Positions 27,568-39,179 of a stretch of 52,332 nucleotides of DNA are shown here, one piece after another (the stretch's first letter is position 1; every line of letters begins with the position of its first letter). The stretch is taken from assembly GCA_045636165.1 (NCBI GenBank), contig JAZTWZ010000095.1, positions 1 through 52,332 on the forward strand, written 5' to 3'. The notes under the pieces are model-generated. The model was not told where the DNA came from, searched no databases, and saw nothing but the letters and a program-made list of their open reading frames with translations. Position numbers and translations under genes: made by a program. The stretch is from Eubacteriales bacterium. Lineage in GTDB: Bacteria; Bacillota; Clostridia; Oscillospirales; JAAYXM01.

Positions 27568-29556
27568 ATGAAAAAGCAACCGTTCAAATGGATAGAGCCG
27601 AGGTTTGTCCTTAGCTTTATAGCTGTTTTTTTGTTCTCAATACTGTCGTTTTTCTTTGCTGATTACCGTCTCGCGGTGGCAGAGCTTATCGTTGCTGCGG
27701 CCATTCTTGTCGCATTTCTCGTAAATGCTGACACGAGAGACAAGAAGCTTAAGAAAAATATAGAAAAAACTTTTTCGCAGCTTAAGCAGGCAAGCCGCAA
27801 TGCGGTTATGGACTCACCGATGGCTACCGTCATTATGAAGTGGGATACGGGCGAAATCGTTTGGGCGAATTCCGCGTTTACGACTATGGCAGGTGAGCAC
27901 GACCATGTTTTTGACGAAAAGCTCTTTAAACTCATCCCTGAGTTTGACCTTACCTGGGCGAGCGAAGGTAAGTTTGAGTGCCCGACGGAGATAGAGATTC
28001 TCGGAAAAAAGTACAGAGTTTACGGAAGTCTCTTCCATCCTGCCGATGCGGAGGAATCGCCGTCTCTGCTCACGCTTAATTTCCTTGATGTTTCAGAATA
28101 TGTTGAAACTATTACCGAGTTTGAAAACTCAAAGCAGATAGTTTCGGTTATAATGATTGATAACTATGCTGAAATTATGAACGGTCTCAACGATGCGGAG
28201 CGCTCATTTATCGTAGCTGAAATTGATAAGCGCCTTGCGGAGTGGACAGCAGAAGCAAACGGAATCTTCTTAAAATACGAGCGCGATAAATACTTATATA
28301 TTTTCCAGCAGAGGTATCTTGAAAAGTACACGGCAGAAAGGTTTTCGATTCTTGATTCTGTTCGCGAGATTGAGAGCAAGAACGGAATCAAAGTTACGCT
28401 CAGTATAGGAATCGGTAAGGACGGTCAGGACTTTCAGGAAAACCGCAAGAATGCGCGCCTTGCAATCGATATGGCGCTCTCGCGCGGCGGTGACCAGACT
28501 GTTATCAGGGATAAGTTCAGCTTTGCATTCTTCGGCGGAAGGTCGCAGGAGCTTGAAAAGAGAACAAAGGTCAAATCGCGAGTTATGGCAAATGCTCTCG
28601 AAGGTCTTATCCGTGACAGCTCAGGCGTTATCATAATGGGGCATAAGGACGCCGATAATGACAGTATCGGTGCGGCAGTCGGAATCGCGTGTATCGCGCG
28701 AAAGATTGGTAAGACTGCGGCGATTGTAACAAGCCCGAAAAGCAGCGCTGAGGTTCTTATAAGAAAGATTAAGACAGAACATATATACGACGGCGCGTTT
28801 ATAAGTGCGGAGGATGCGCTTCTTGAGGCGGACAGCGATACGCTTCTTGTTGTAGTCGATACCAACCGCAAAACGGTTGTTGAGTCTGAGGCGCTTCTTG
28901 AGTCGGCAAACAAGATTGCCGTTATTGACCACCACAGACGCGGAACAGATTATATCGACGGCGCGGTTCTTAATTTTCACGAGCCGTATGCATCAAGTAC
29001 CTGCGAGCTTGTTACGGAGCTTTTGCAGTATATAGTTGAAACAAAGGATATTCTCCAATGCGAAGCTGAGGCGATGCTCTCGGGAATCGTAATCGATACA
29101 AAGAAGTTTACGATGAAAACGGGTGTAAGAACCTTTGAGGCGGCGGCATATCTCCGTCGCGCAGGTGCGGATACGGTTGAGCTTAAGAGAATTCTTCAGG
29201 ACGATATTGATGCGTATGTAAAACGCGCAGAGCTTGTAAAGCTTGCAAAGATGCATAACGACAGGGTTGCGATAGTTGAATATAACGGAACAAGTAACAG
29301 AAAGCTTGCGGCTCAGGCGGCAGATGAGCTTCTTACGATTTCGGGAGTTCAGGCGTCGTTTGTTCTCTACTGCGAGCATGATGTCATAAACATATCGGCG
29401 CGTTCACTCGGGGATATAAATGTTCAGCTTATCCTTGAAAAGCTTGGCGGTGGCGGACATTTCGACACTGCAGGCGCTCAGGTTCACGATAAGTCAATGG
29501 AAGAGGTTTCAGAAGAGCTTAAGAGCGCAATTTCTGAAGTTTTAGGAGGAATTTGA
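27568..29556 (+). CDS. gdpP: Cyclic-di-AMP phosphodiesterase GdpP (DHH/DHHA1 with TM, PAS-like and degenerate GGDEF regions)
   Basis: Two N-terminal TMs. [13 protein letters not shown] (DHH motif), DHHRR, GGGGH. Conserved position upstream of rplI-dnaB. Confidence 0.9.
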   Translation: MKKQPFKWIEPRFVLSFIAVFLFSILSFFFADYRLAVAELIVAAAILVAFLVNADTRDKKLKKNIEKTFSQLKQASRNAVMDSPMATVIMKWDTGEIVWANSAFTTMAGEHDHVFDEKLFKLIPEFDLTWASEGKFECPTEIEILGKKYRVYGSLFHPADAEESPSLLTLNFLDVSEYVETITEFENSKQIVSVIMIDNYAEIMNGLNDAERSFIVAEIDKRLAEWTAEANGIFLKYERDKYLYIFQQRYLEKYTAERFSILDSVREIESKNGIKVTLSIGIGKDGQDFQENRKNARLAIDMALSRGGDQTVIRDKFSFAFFGGRSQELEKRTKVKSRVMANALEGLIRDSSGVIIMGHKDADNDSIGAAVGIACIARKIGKTAAIVTSPKSSAEVLIRKIKTEHIYDGAFISAEDALLEADSDTLLVVVDTNRKTVVESEALLESANKIAVIDHHRRGTDYIDGAVLNFHEPYASSTCELVTELLQYIVETKDILQCEAEAMLSGIVIDTKKFTMKTGVRTFEAAAYLRRAGADTVELKRILQDDIDAYVKRAELVKLAKMHNDRVAIVEYNGTSNRKLAAQAADELLTISGVQASFVLYCEHDVINISARSLGDINVQLILEKLGGGGHFDTAGAQVHDKSMEEVSEELKSAISEVLGGI

Positions 29557-29558
29557 AA

Positions 29559-30005
29559 ATGAAAGTAATTTTAAATGCAGATGTAAAAGGTCAGGGAAAG
29601 AAAGGTCAGATCATAAATGTATCCGACGGATACGCAAGAAACTTCCTCTTCCCGAAGAATTTGGCTAAAGAAGCAACAGCAGACAATCTCAACGCTGCAA
29701 AAATTGCAGAAGAGGCAAATATCGCAAGAATTGCAAGAGAAAAGGCAGCAGCTGAGAAGCTTGCAGGCGAGCTTGCAAACATGAAGGTTGAGGTCAAGGC
29801 AAAGGCCGGAGCGGGCGGCCGTCTTTTCGGTTCTGTTACTACGGCAGATATCGCCGCAGCGCTCAAGGCACAGTACAAGATTGAAATTGACAAGCACAAG
29901 CTCGTCCTTTCCGAAAACATAAAGCAGTTCGGAACATACGAAGTAAAAGTAAAGCTTTATAACGAAGTAAGCGGAAAGCTTTCCGTAATGGTAAAAGAGG
30001 CTTAA
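29559..30005 (+). CDS. rplI: 50S ribosomal protein L9
   Basis: MKVIL..DVKG.GKKG....[10 protein letters not shown]...A. The ATG at 29559 lies 8 nt after an AGGAGGA RBS; the ORF opens at TTG 29553. Confidence 0.95.
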   Translation: MKVILNADVKGQGKKGQIINVSDGYARNFLFPKNLAKEATADNLNAAKIAEEANIARIAREKAAAEKLAGELANMKVEVKAKAGAGGRLFGSVTTADIAAALKAQYKIEIDKHKLVLSENIKQFGTYEVKVKLYNEVSGKLSVMVKEA

Positions 30006-30043
30006 GCTCTTCGATTAAATCCTCATTTTAGGAGGTTTGTAAA

Positions 30044-31357
30044 ATGGATGAAATCATAGGAGCGAGACTTCCTCATAATGTAGAAGCGGAGCAGTCCGTG
30101 CTCGGTTCGATGCTCATTGACCCACGCTGTGTGCCTGAGGTTATGGAACATCTGCGCTCGGAGGACTTTTATGTAACTCAGAACAGAAATATCTTCGAGG
30201 CTCTTCAGAGTATGTTTACGCTCAATGAAACTATTGACCCCGTAACTTTAATAGATAAGCTTTCTGTCAGGGGCGTTCTGGAAGCCTCGGGCGGCAGAAG
30301 CTATATCCTTAAACTTCTGGACATTACGCCGACGGCCGTAAATGTCGCTCAGTATATAAAGATAGTCCGCGACAAGGCGGTGCTTCGCAATGTCGATGAG
30401 ATTACGGCGGAAATTCATAATGTAATAGCATCCGGCGAGGGCGAGGCAGACGATGTTGTAGAGTTTGCCGAGCAGAAGATATATGAGATAAGAAACGAGA
30501 AAAAAAGCAAGGGAATCGCGCCTATCAGCGAGGTCCTTGAGAGTACATACGCCCACCTCGGAACTCTTGCAAAGAACGCAGGAAAGCTTCCGGGAACGCC
30601 TACGGGCTTCTCAACGGTTGATACCTTCCTTACGGGTCTCAATAACTCTGACCTTGTTATTCTTGCGGCAAATACCGGTGTAGGTAAAACAAGCTTTGCA
30701 CTCAATATCTGTGCAAACGCCGCAAAGATGTCAGGAAAGGCAGTTGTTGTTTTCTCTCTTGAAATGTCAAACGAACAGCTTGCCCTCCGCCTTATTTCAG
30801 GTGAGGCACTTGTAGATTCAAAGAAGCTCCGTACAGGTCTTCTTGATGATGATGAGTGGGTTGCAATAGCTCACGCGTCAGAAACTCTTGCAAATACGAA
30901 GATTTACCTTGCAGATGCTACGGGAATAACCGTTAACGAGATGAAGGCGAAATGCCGTCGATTGGGAGAGGAAATCGGTCTTGTAATAATCGACTATCTC
31001 CAGCTTGTCCAGTCAGGTATCCGCGCTGATTCGCGCGTAAACGAAGTTGCGGCGATTTCGCGTGCGCTCAAGATTATGGCGAAGGACTTAAATGTCCCGA
31101 TTCTCTGCCTTTCACAGCTCTCCCGTGAGAGCGATAAGCAGGGTCGCCGTCCGAGACTTTCTGACCTTCGTGAATCAGGCTCAATCGAGCAGGATGCCGA
31201 TGTCGTTATGATTCTCTTTAGGGAAGATAAAGAGTCTCCCGAGCGTGTAAAGCTTCTTGTAGAGAAAAACCGTCACGGCAGCACGGGTGATATTGACCTG
31301 CACTGGGACGGTAAATATACGAAATTTACATCTGTGGACAGTTCACATGATTACTAA
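30044..31357 (+). CDS. dnaB: Replicative DNA helicase DnaB
   Basis: PHN.EAEQSVLGS.L, Walker A (GVGKTSFALN), IDYLQL, LSQLSR. 437 aa, so no intein. Confidence 0.95.
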   Translation: MDEIIGARLPHNVEAEQSVLGSMLIDPRCVPEVMEHLRSEDFYVTQNRNIFEALQSMFTLNETIDPVTLIDKLSVRGVLEASGGRSYILKLLDITPTAVNVAQYIKIVRDKAVLRNVDEITAEIHNVIASGEGEADDVVEFAEQKIYEIRNEKKSKGIAPISEVLESTYAHLGTLAKNAGKLPGTPTGFSTVDTFLTGLNNSDLVILAANTGVGKTSFALNICANAAKMSGKAVVVFSLEMSNEQLALRLISGEALVDSKKLRTGLLDDDEWVAIAHASETLANTKIYLADATGITVNEMKAKCRRLGEEIGLVIIDYLQLVQSGIRADSRVNEVAAISRALKIMAKDLNVPILCLSQLSRESDKQGRRPRLSDLRESGSIEQDADVVMILFREDKESPERVKLLVEKNRHGSTGDIDLHWDGKYTKFTSVDSSHDY

Positions 31358-32666
31358 AGTTCGAAATACGTTAAAGAAAAATAAAATATCGGAGAACAAG
31401 AGAGTTCTCGTTGCACTTTCGGGCGGAGTTGATTCGTCCGTTCTTCTTGATGTGCTCATAAAGCTCAGGGAAGAGCTTTCAATTTCTGTCTGTGCTGCAC
31501 ATCTCAACCATCTGCTTCGCGGCGAGGATGCCATGCGCGATGAAGAGTTCGTAAGGACAAAATGTTTGTCTTACGGGATAGACTTTATTTCTGAAAGAAT
31601 CGACATCGCAAAAGAGGCAAAGGCAAGAGGAGAATCTACCGAGCTTTGCGCGAGAAATCTCCGTTACGATTTTCTGGAAAGAGCGAAAGTGTCGCTTTCG
31701 GCAGATTTTATCGCAACAGCGCATAACGCAAACGACAATCTCGAAACGATTCTCTTTAATCTCTCGCGCGGAAGCGGTATTGACGGTCTTTGCGGTATCC
31801 CGACGGTAAGAGAGTGCATAATAAGGCCGCTTATTGAGTGTACGAGAGACGAAATTGAGGAGTATTCGAGAGAGTCTGATATATCCTTCTGCGTTGATAA
31901 GACGAATGATGAGGATATTTATTCTCGGAATAGGATACGCCATACTGTTATTCCGTCGCTTGTCGGCGTAAACGAAAAAGCAGTTTCAAACGCGTCAAAA
32001 ACCGCGCAGATTTTGAGATGCGAGGCGGAGTTTTTAAACAAAGCTGCAAAACGCAGATTTAATGAAATTTCGCTGTCACGAAACTCGTGCCTTGCAAAAG
32101 AGCTTATTTTAGAGCCTGCACTTACTTCAAGAATCTGCGAAATGTTCGCCGGAAGAACACTTGAGTTCTGTCATATAGAGCAGATTGTGTCGCTTGCGAA
32201 ATCAGATTCACCGTCAGACAGAATAAACCTTCCGGGTGGGCTCATTGCGCGCCGCGAATACGAAAAAATCGTATTTGAAAAAGAAGAAAAAGCGCAGAAT
32301 TTACCTGCAGTTTTGCTTAGTGAAGGCGAGTTTTGGTGGGGTGAATATTCCGTAACCGTAAAAAAAACAGAAAAATGCGAAAAAATTCATAATTTATTAA
32401 ATACTTTTTTTGTTTCCTGTGGTAAAATACAAGGTAATTTGGTAATTCGAGGAAAAAACACGGGGGACGAAATCAAGCTTCCAAAAAGAAATACAAAGAC
32501 TCTCAAGAAGCTTTTTATAGACGAAAAAATTCCGCTTGATAAAAGAGAAAAAATTCCAGTTATCGCAGACGACGAAAAGGTCTTTGCCGTATTCGGCATT
32601 GGGAGTGACTGCCGTTTTTGCGGTGATGAGGGAAGCGGATATTTTGTAAAAATTGATAAAAAATAG
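31347..32666 (+). CDS. tilS: tRNA(Ile)-lysidine synthase
   Basis: PP-loop VLVALSGGVDSSVL. The ATG at 31347 overlaps the dnaB 3' end by 11 nt; the ORF opens at 31287. Confidence 0.9.
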   Translation: MITKVRNTLKKNKISENKRVLVALSGGVDSSVLLDVLIKLREELSISVCAAHLNHLLRGEDAMRDEEFVRTKCLSYGIDFISERIDIAKEAKARGESTELCARNLRYDFLERAKVSLSADFIATAHNANDNLETILFNLSRGSGIDGLCGIPTVRECIIRPLIECTRDEIEEYSRESDISFCVDKTNDEDIYSRNRIRHTVIPSLVGVNEKAVSNASKTAQILRCEAEFLNKAAKRRFNEISLSRNSCLAKELILEPALTSRICEMFAGRTLEFCHIEQIVSLAKSDSPSDRINLPGGLIARREYEKIVFEKEEKAQNLPAVLLSEGEFWWGEYSVTVKKTEKCEKIHNLLNTFFVSCGKIQGNLVIRGKNTGDEIKLPKRNTKTLKKLFIDEKIPLDKREKIPVIADDEKVFAVFGIGSDCRFCGDEGSGYFVKIDKK

Positions 32667-32669
32667 GGT

Positions 32670-33218
32670 GTGGAGATTTTGAAAAACGATATCGAAAGAG
32701 TTCTTCTTACAGAAGAAGAACTTGCCGACAAGGTAAAATTTTTGGCAAATCAGATAAAGAGCGAATATAGCGGAAAGAACCCGCTTATATTATGTATATT
32801 GAAAGGCTCGCTTATCTTTACGGCAGACATTATCCGCGAGCTTGATTTTCCGTGTCAGATTGACTTTATGCAGGTTTCAAGCTACGGAAGCGGCGCGGAA
32901 ACCACGGGCAAGCTTGTTATAAAAAAGGATATGGAAACGGATATTCGCGACCGTGATGTAATCGTAATCGAGGATATCCTTGATACAGGCGTTACGCTCT
33001 CAAACCTTTTCCCCGAGCTTACGCGCCGCGGTGCGTCTTCAGTCAAGCTCTGCGTTCTTCTCAACAAGCCCGAGCGCAGAACCGTTGAGGTAAAGGCTGA
33101 CTATATCGGTTTTGACATAGAAAATGAATTTGTAGTAGGCTACGGTCTTGACTACAGTGAAAAATACAGAAATCTCCCGTATATCGGAATACTTAAACGC
33201 GAAGTTTACGAAAAATAA
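32670..33218 (+). CDS. hpt: Hypoxanthine phosphoribosyltransferase
   Basis: VIVIEDILDTGVTL PRPP-binding motif and GYGLDY. tilS-hpt-ftsH synteny. Confidence 0.92.
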   Translation: MEILKNDIERVLLTEEELADKVKFLANQIKSEYSGKNPLILCILKGSLIFTADIIRELDFPCQIDFMQVSSYGSGAETTGKLVIKKDMETDIRDRDVIVIEDILDTGVTLSNLFPELTRRGASSVKLCVLLNKPERRTVEVKADYIGFDIENEFVVGYGLDYSEKYRNLPYIGILKREVYEK

Positions 33219-33241
33219 TTTATTTAAGGATGTGACATCAA

Positions 33242-35137
<1,896 letters not shown>

Positions 35138-35142
35138 TAAAT

Positions 35143-35177
35143 AAAAAAGGTGTGTGGCTTGGTCACACACCTTTTTT
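35143..35177 (+). terminator. Intrinsic terminator after ftsH
   Basis: ggtgtgtg/cacacacc stem flanked by A6 and T6. Confidence 0.85.
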
Positions 35178-35279
35178 GCGTCTGAAACAGAAAATAATTT
35201 GCTATAAATGAATAATTGGGAAAAATTTTTGCCAATAAAACTTTTTTCACAAAAAATATATTCCTGTTGACGACAAATA

Positions 35280-35308
35280 TTTACAAATTATTGTTTTTTA
35301 TATATAAT
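35280..35308 (+). promoter_or_regulatory. Putative sigma-A promoter upstream of the lrp-like gene
   Basis: TTTACA, 17 nt spacer, TATAAT, in an AT-rich region. Confidence 0.4.
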
Positions 35309-35341
35309 TTCTTTATATAATTCAATATGGGGTGACAGAAT

Positions 35342-35797
35342 ATGGACGCTATTGATTATAAGATTCTGTGTTGCTTAAAAGAAAATTCGAGAGAGAATGC
35401 AACGAACATAGGTGCAAAGATAAATTTATCAACTTCTGCAGTTATCGAACGAATTAAAAAAATGGAAAGCTCAGGTCTTATTCAGCAATACACTACGATA
35501 ATCAATCAGTCGGCTCTTGGCAGGGAGCTTTTTGCGTTCATATATGTAAGTCTTGAGCATCCTAAGTGCTATGAGAACTTTGTTGAAAAGATAAAAGAGC
35601 ATCCTTCAATCGCCGAATGCTATTACATAGCAGGAGACTTTGATTTTATCCTTAAGGTCATTACCAGAACGGGAAAAACACTTGAGGAAATATTGAATTA
35701 TATAAAAAGTATAGGAGGAGTGTCACTTACACGCACATCGGTTGTCCTTTCAACAAACAAGTGTGATGTATGTCTTCTTCCTGATAGAAAGGAATAA
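35342..35797 (+). CDS. Lrp/AsnC-family transcriptional regulator
   Basis: D..D.KIL..L..N.R.....I......S.SAV..RI..ME..G.I HTH, plus a C-terminal RAM-like domain. Confidence 0.9.
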   Translation: MDAIDYKILCCLKENSRENATNIGAKINLSTSAVIERIKKMESSGLIQQYTTIINQSALGRELFAFIYVSLEHPKCYENFVEKIKEHPSIAECYYIAGDFDFILKVITRTGKTLEEILNYIKSIGGVSLTRTSVVLSTNKCDVCLLPDRKE

Positions 35798-35811
35798 TTT
35801 AGGGGGTAAAA

Positions 35812-37194
35812 ATGGAAATTATTGAAAAAATAAATGCCACCGTAAACGGTATCGTATGGGGACCGTTTATGCTGGCACTCTTAATCCTTATGGGATTGTT
35901 TTTGTCTGCAAAGACAAAGTTTCTCCAGTTTGGAAAATTTGGCTATATGTTGAAAAATACCATTTGCAGTATTTTTTCAAAAAATCAGCACGAAAAAGAC
36001 GCCTCGGGTGTCAGCCCGTTCCAGGCTGTTGCTACGGCTATGGCAGGAACGATCGGAACGGGAAGTATAGCAGGTGTCGCAACGGCGATAGTCTCAGGCG
36101 GCCCGGGTGCTATTTTCTGGATGTGGATAAGCGCTCTCCTCGGAATGGTCACAAAATACGCCGAGATAGTTCTCTCCCTGCGTTATCGTGAAAAGAACGC
36201 AAAGGGCGAATGGGTCGGCGGTCCGATGTACTATATCAGAAACGGTCTTGGTGCCAAGAAGAACGGCGCTATCAGCAAGGTTCTTGCGGCTTTGTTTGCA
36301 ATTTTTGCAATGTGTGCCTGCCTCGGTACGGGTAATGCTACCCAGTCCAACTCCATTGCGATTGCGCTTGAAAGCACATTCAATGTTTCTCCGTGGATAA
36401 CCGGTATCGTTCTTACGGTTATAGCTGCATGCGTAATTCTCGGCGGTGTGCGCCGAATTGCATCGGTTAACGAGAAGCTTGTTCCGTTTATGGCTGTGTT
36501 CTATGTTGTTTGTGCAGTTGTGGGGGTTATTTTGTCATATGACAAAATTCCTGCAACCTTTGCTCTTATCTTCAGAGAAGCATTCAATTTCAAAGCAGGA
36601 GTCGGAGGTGTGGCAGGTTACGGAGTAATGACCGCTATGCATTACGGCTTCTCAAGAGGCGTTTTCTCAAATGAGGCAGGTCTTGGCAGTGCGCCGATTG
36701 CGCACGCGGCATCAAGCACAAAGAGTCCTGTTAAGCAGGGACTCTGGGGAATGTTTGAAGTTTTCTTCACAACAATAATAATCTGCACTCTCTCTGGAAT
36801 TGTAGTTCTTTCCTCAGGACTCTGGAATACGGGAGAGTTTCAGGGCTCGGCTCTCAGTATCGCGGCATTTAATTCCGTTCTTCCTGGAATTGGTGGTATT
36901 GGTGTTACGATTGCTACCATTTTCTTTGCGCTTTCAACGATTCTCGGTTGGGCATATTACGGCGCAGTAAGTATGCAGTATCTCGTCAAAAAGTCCGGTG
37001 TTGCCGTATGGGTATACAGATGTATTTATGTAGCGATGGTATTTGTAGGTACTATTGGAAACCTCGACCTTATCTGGAGTATATCCGAGACAATGAATGG
37101 TCTTATGATTATCCCCAATATGATAGGTATAATCGGTCTGTATAAGGTAGTAATATCTGTTACAAAGGAACATTTTGCCCTCGATAAAAAGTAA
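35812..37194 (+). CDS. Alanine/glycine:cation symporter (AGCS family), second paralogue
   Basis: Same motifs as 24928-26247 (GTGSIAGVATAI.SGGPGAIFWMWISA, GGPMYYI, FSNEAGLGS). Starts 14 nt after the lrp-like gene. Confidence 0.9.
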   Translation: MEIIEKINATVNGIVWGPFMLALLILMGLFLSAKTKFLQFGKFGYMLKNTICSIFSKNQHEKDASGVSPFQAVATAMAGTIGTGSIAGVATAIVSGGPGAIFWMWISALLGMVTKYAEIVLSLRYREKNAKGEWVGGPMYYIRNGLGAKKNGAISKVLAALFAIFAMCACLGTGNATQSNSIAIALESTFNVSPWITGIVLTVIAACVILGGVRRIASVNEKLVPFMAVFYVVCAVVGVILSYDKIPATFALIFREAFNFKAGVGGVAGYGVMTAMHYGFSRGVFSNEAGLGSAPIAHAASSTKSPVKQGLWGMFEVFFTTIIICTLSGIVVLSSGLWNTGEFQGSALSIAAFNSVLPGIGGIGVTIATIFFALSTILGWAYYGAVSMQYLVKKSGVAVWVYRCIYVAMVFVGTIGNLDLIWSISETMNGLMIIPNMIGIIGLYKVVISVTKEHFALDKK

Positions 37195-37278
37195 AATAAA
37201 AGTAAAACAACCTCCGATACGGAGGTGCTTCATAGGGAGAATTCGGTTTTGACCTGCAATTTTCCGATTATAGTGTAC

Positions 37279-37316
37279 AAAAAATACAGACATACGCCGG
37301 TATGTCTGTATTTTTT
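37279..37316. terminator. Bidirectional intrinsic terminator
   Basis: A5, then atacagacata / cgccgg / tatgtctgtat, then T6. Confidence 0.8.
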
Positions 37317-37493
37317 AATTTCTCTAAGACGAAGAATATCTAATCCAAAACTGCTTCGCACCCTTACCCAAGCTCGCCTTTTACCATAGTGGCGTAACCG
37401 TGTCCCCCAAATGTGCACTTCCGTAGTTGCACCAGGCATCGGTTATTGAATGGCCCTAAAAAAGAATAAGCTTTGATATTTATATGCTCTACT

Positions 37494-38792
37494 TTATCTT
37501 TGGAATTCTTCAATGTTTTTTGCAATATTATGTTCAATCGGCTTCCACTCAATTTTCCCGAAAAGAGCTGCGATTGAAATTGGGATATAAGTGAAAATGA
37601 ACACGGGGAAAGTAAAGATATAGCGAATCTTTTTTGCTGTTGTGGTGTTTATGCTCTCCCATTCGGTCGCCGTGGTTATGGCGGCAAAGAAGAGAAGAAT
37701 CATATAGAAATTAAAGAATGTCATAAAAAGGGCTATTCCCGAAACTGTTGTGACAGTCTGCATCGCCGGTAGATTAAAAAGGGAAATGGCAAGGCAGACG
37801 GCGTTGAGAACAGCGCCCACAAGAGTAAGCATCATAGCGGGCATAATTGTCATAAGCATATCGTATGCAGAGAAGCTTCGGTTCTTAAATATTGCACAGA
37901 CAAGCTTTTTTCCATAAGCCATAAAGACCTGGAAAAAGCCTTTTGCCCAACGGATACGCTGATTCCACGACTGCTGGAAGGTATAGGGCTGTTCGTCGTA
38001 GAGAATTGCGTTTTCGGCATATCCTATCTTTTCGTTTCTGATAACGCTGTCGATAGAAAACTCAATATCCTCTGTGAGAAGATAATATTTCCAGCCCTGA
38101 TTTCGCTCGATGATTTCGCGAGAAACGAGAAATCCCGTTCCCGATACGGCACAGCTGAGCCCCAGAATCATTCTGGAGTTGTTTATGAACTTTGCCTCGC
38201 GCAAGAACCAGAGCGATGAGCCTGCCGATATCCAGTTTGAGTCGTAATTTTTCGAGTTACGGTAGCTTGTTATTATGCGATAACCTGAATCAAAAACCTT
38301 GTTCATTTCAGCGATGTAGTTTTCATCAAGGAGATTGTCGGCATCGAAAACGAAAAAGCCGTCATATTCCTCAAACTTTCCGAGTTCTGCGATGCTTTTA
38401 AAACCGAAGTTCAAGGCAAAGCCCTTGCCGATATGTTCTGTATCGCATCTGGAAAAGACATGAGCTCCTGCGCCTTCTGCGACAGCAGCGGTATCATCGG
38501 TACAGTTATCTGCGATTACATAAATATCATAAAGCTCTTCCGGATACTTCTGCTTTCTGATGCTCTCAATGAGCTGGGCAATAACCGTGCGCTCATTGCG
38601 TGCAGCTATGAGAATCGCAAATTTGTGTAGCTTCTTTTCTTTAAAAGCTTTCTTCTTTCCGAAAAGTGAGATGAAAACATATACAAGCTGATATGAATAT
38701 AAAACCGTAAAGAAAATAAAGAGTATAAGATTTGCAGTATCTAAGAAAGAACGCAAAAAATCTCCTCCCCGATATTTTTTATTGTTGCTCAT
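37494..38792 (-). CDS. Membrane-embedded processive family-2 glycosyltransferase (IcaA/PgaC/cellulose-synthase-like)
   Basis: N-terminal TM. AARNE, VIADNCTDDT, FDADN, TED and Q..RW (QRIRWAKG) motifs, plus C-terminal TM bundle. Confidence 0.85.
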   Translation of the reverse strand: MSNNKKYRGGDFLRSFLDTANLILFIFFTVLYSYQLVYVFISLFGKKKAFKEKKLHKFAILIAARNERTVIAQLIESIRKQKYPEELYDIYVIADNCTDDTAAVAEGAGAHVFSRCDTEHIGKGFALNFGFKSIAELGKFEEYDGFFVFDADNLLDENYIAEMNKVFDSGYRIITSYRNSKNYDSNWISAGSSLWFLREAKFINNSRMILGLSCAVSGTGFLVSREIIERNQGWKYYLLTEDIEFSIDSVIRNEKIGYAENAILYDEQPYTFQQSWNQRIRWAKGFFQVFMAYGKKLVCAIFKNRSFSAYDMLMTIMPAMMLTLVGAVLNAVCLAISLFNLPAMQTVTTVSGIALFMTFFNFYMILLFFAAITTATEWESINTTTAKKIRYIFTFPVFIFTYIPISIAALFGKIEWKPIEHNIAKNIEEFQR

Positions 38793-38894
38793 TAATTATA
38801 TATCCAAAGTATGGAAAAAGCAATAGTAGGATATCAATATTCTAACATAGAAAAAGACGGCGGATAATAGAATATATGGAAAGGGGGATTTTTT

Positions 38895-39179
38895 ATGAAA
38901 AAAGACCGTGTTATTTTAAAGGCGGCGGATATGTTTGACATTCCGGCAGATATAAAAGGCGGACTTCTCCATATTGAAATGGAAGGAAGTCGCGCCGTGT
39001 TTTTCGAAAACCATAAAGGGATAATTTCAATCTCGGAAGAGGAGATAGAAATAAACTCTCCCGAGGGAAGTGTCTTCGTTTCGGGAAGCAGACTTACAGT
39101 CGGCGCGATGAACGGCGACGAGCTCAAGGTCGAGGGCAGGATAGAAAAGATAGAATTCGGGCGCGGAGGAAGAAAATAA
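38895..39179 (+). CDS. yqfC: Sporulation protein YqfC
   Basis: 94 aa of the YabP/YqfC family (pattern visible in P.D...G...I...G.....ENH.GI......EI......G...V.G..L). Followed by yqfD. Confidence 0.85.
   Translation: MKKDRVILKAADMFDIPADIKGGLLHIEMEGSRAVFFENHKGIISISEEEIEINSPEGSVFVSGSRLTVGAMNGDELKVEGRIEKIEFGRGGRK

Noticed and set aside
28434-28913. 159-aa minus-strand ORF within gdpP
   Set aside because: It is antisense to a gene with unambiguous DHH/DHHA1 motifs.
36122-36130. Perfect DnaA-box complement TGTGGATAA
   Set aside because: It is a single isolated box inside the conserved FWMWIS coding motif of the AGCS gene, and the paralogue carries a near-identical string. It is a coding coincidence, not an origin.
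37340-37460. Short similarities of the GC-rich intergenic core to 5S rRNA or SRP RNA strings (ACGGAAGT, GCC..ATGGTA, CGGAAG)
   Set aside because: The motif order and spacing do not match either RNA. The resemblance is limited to a few short words.
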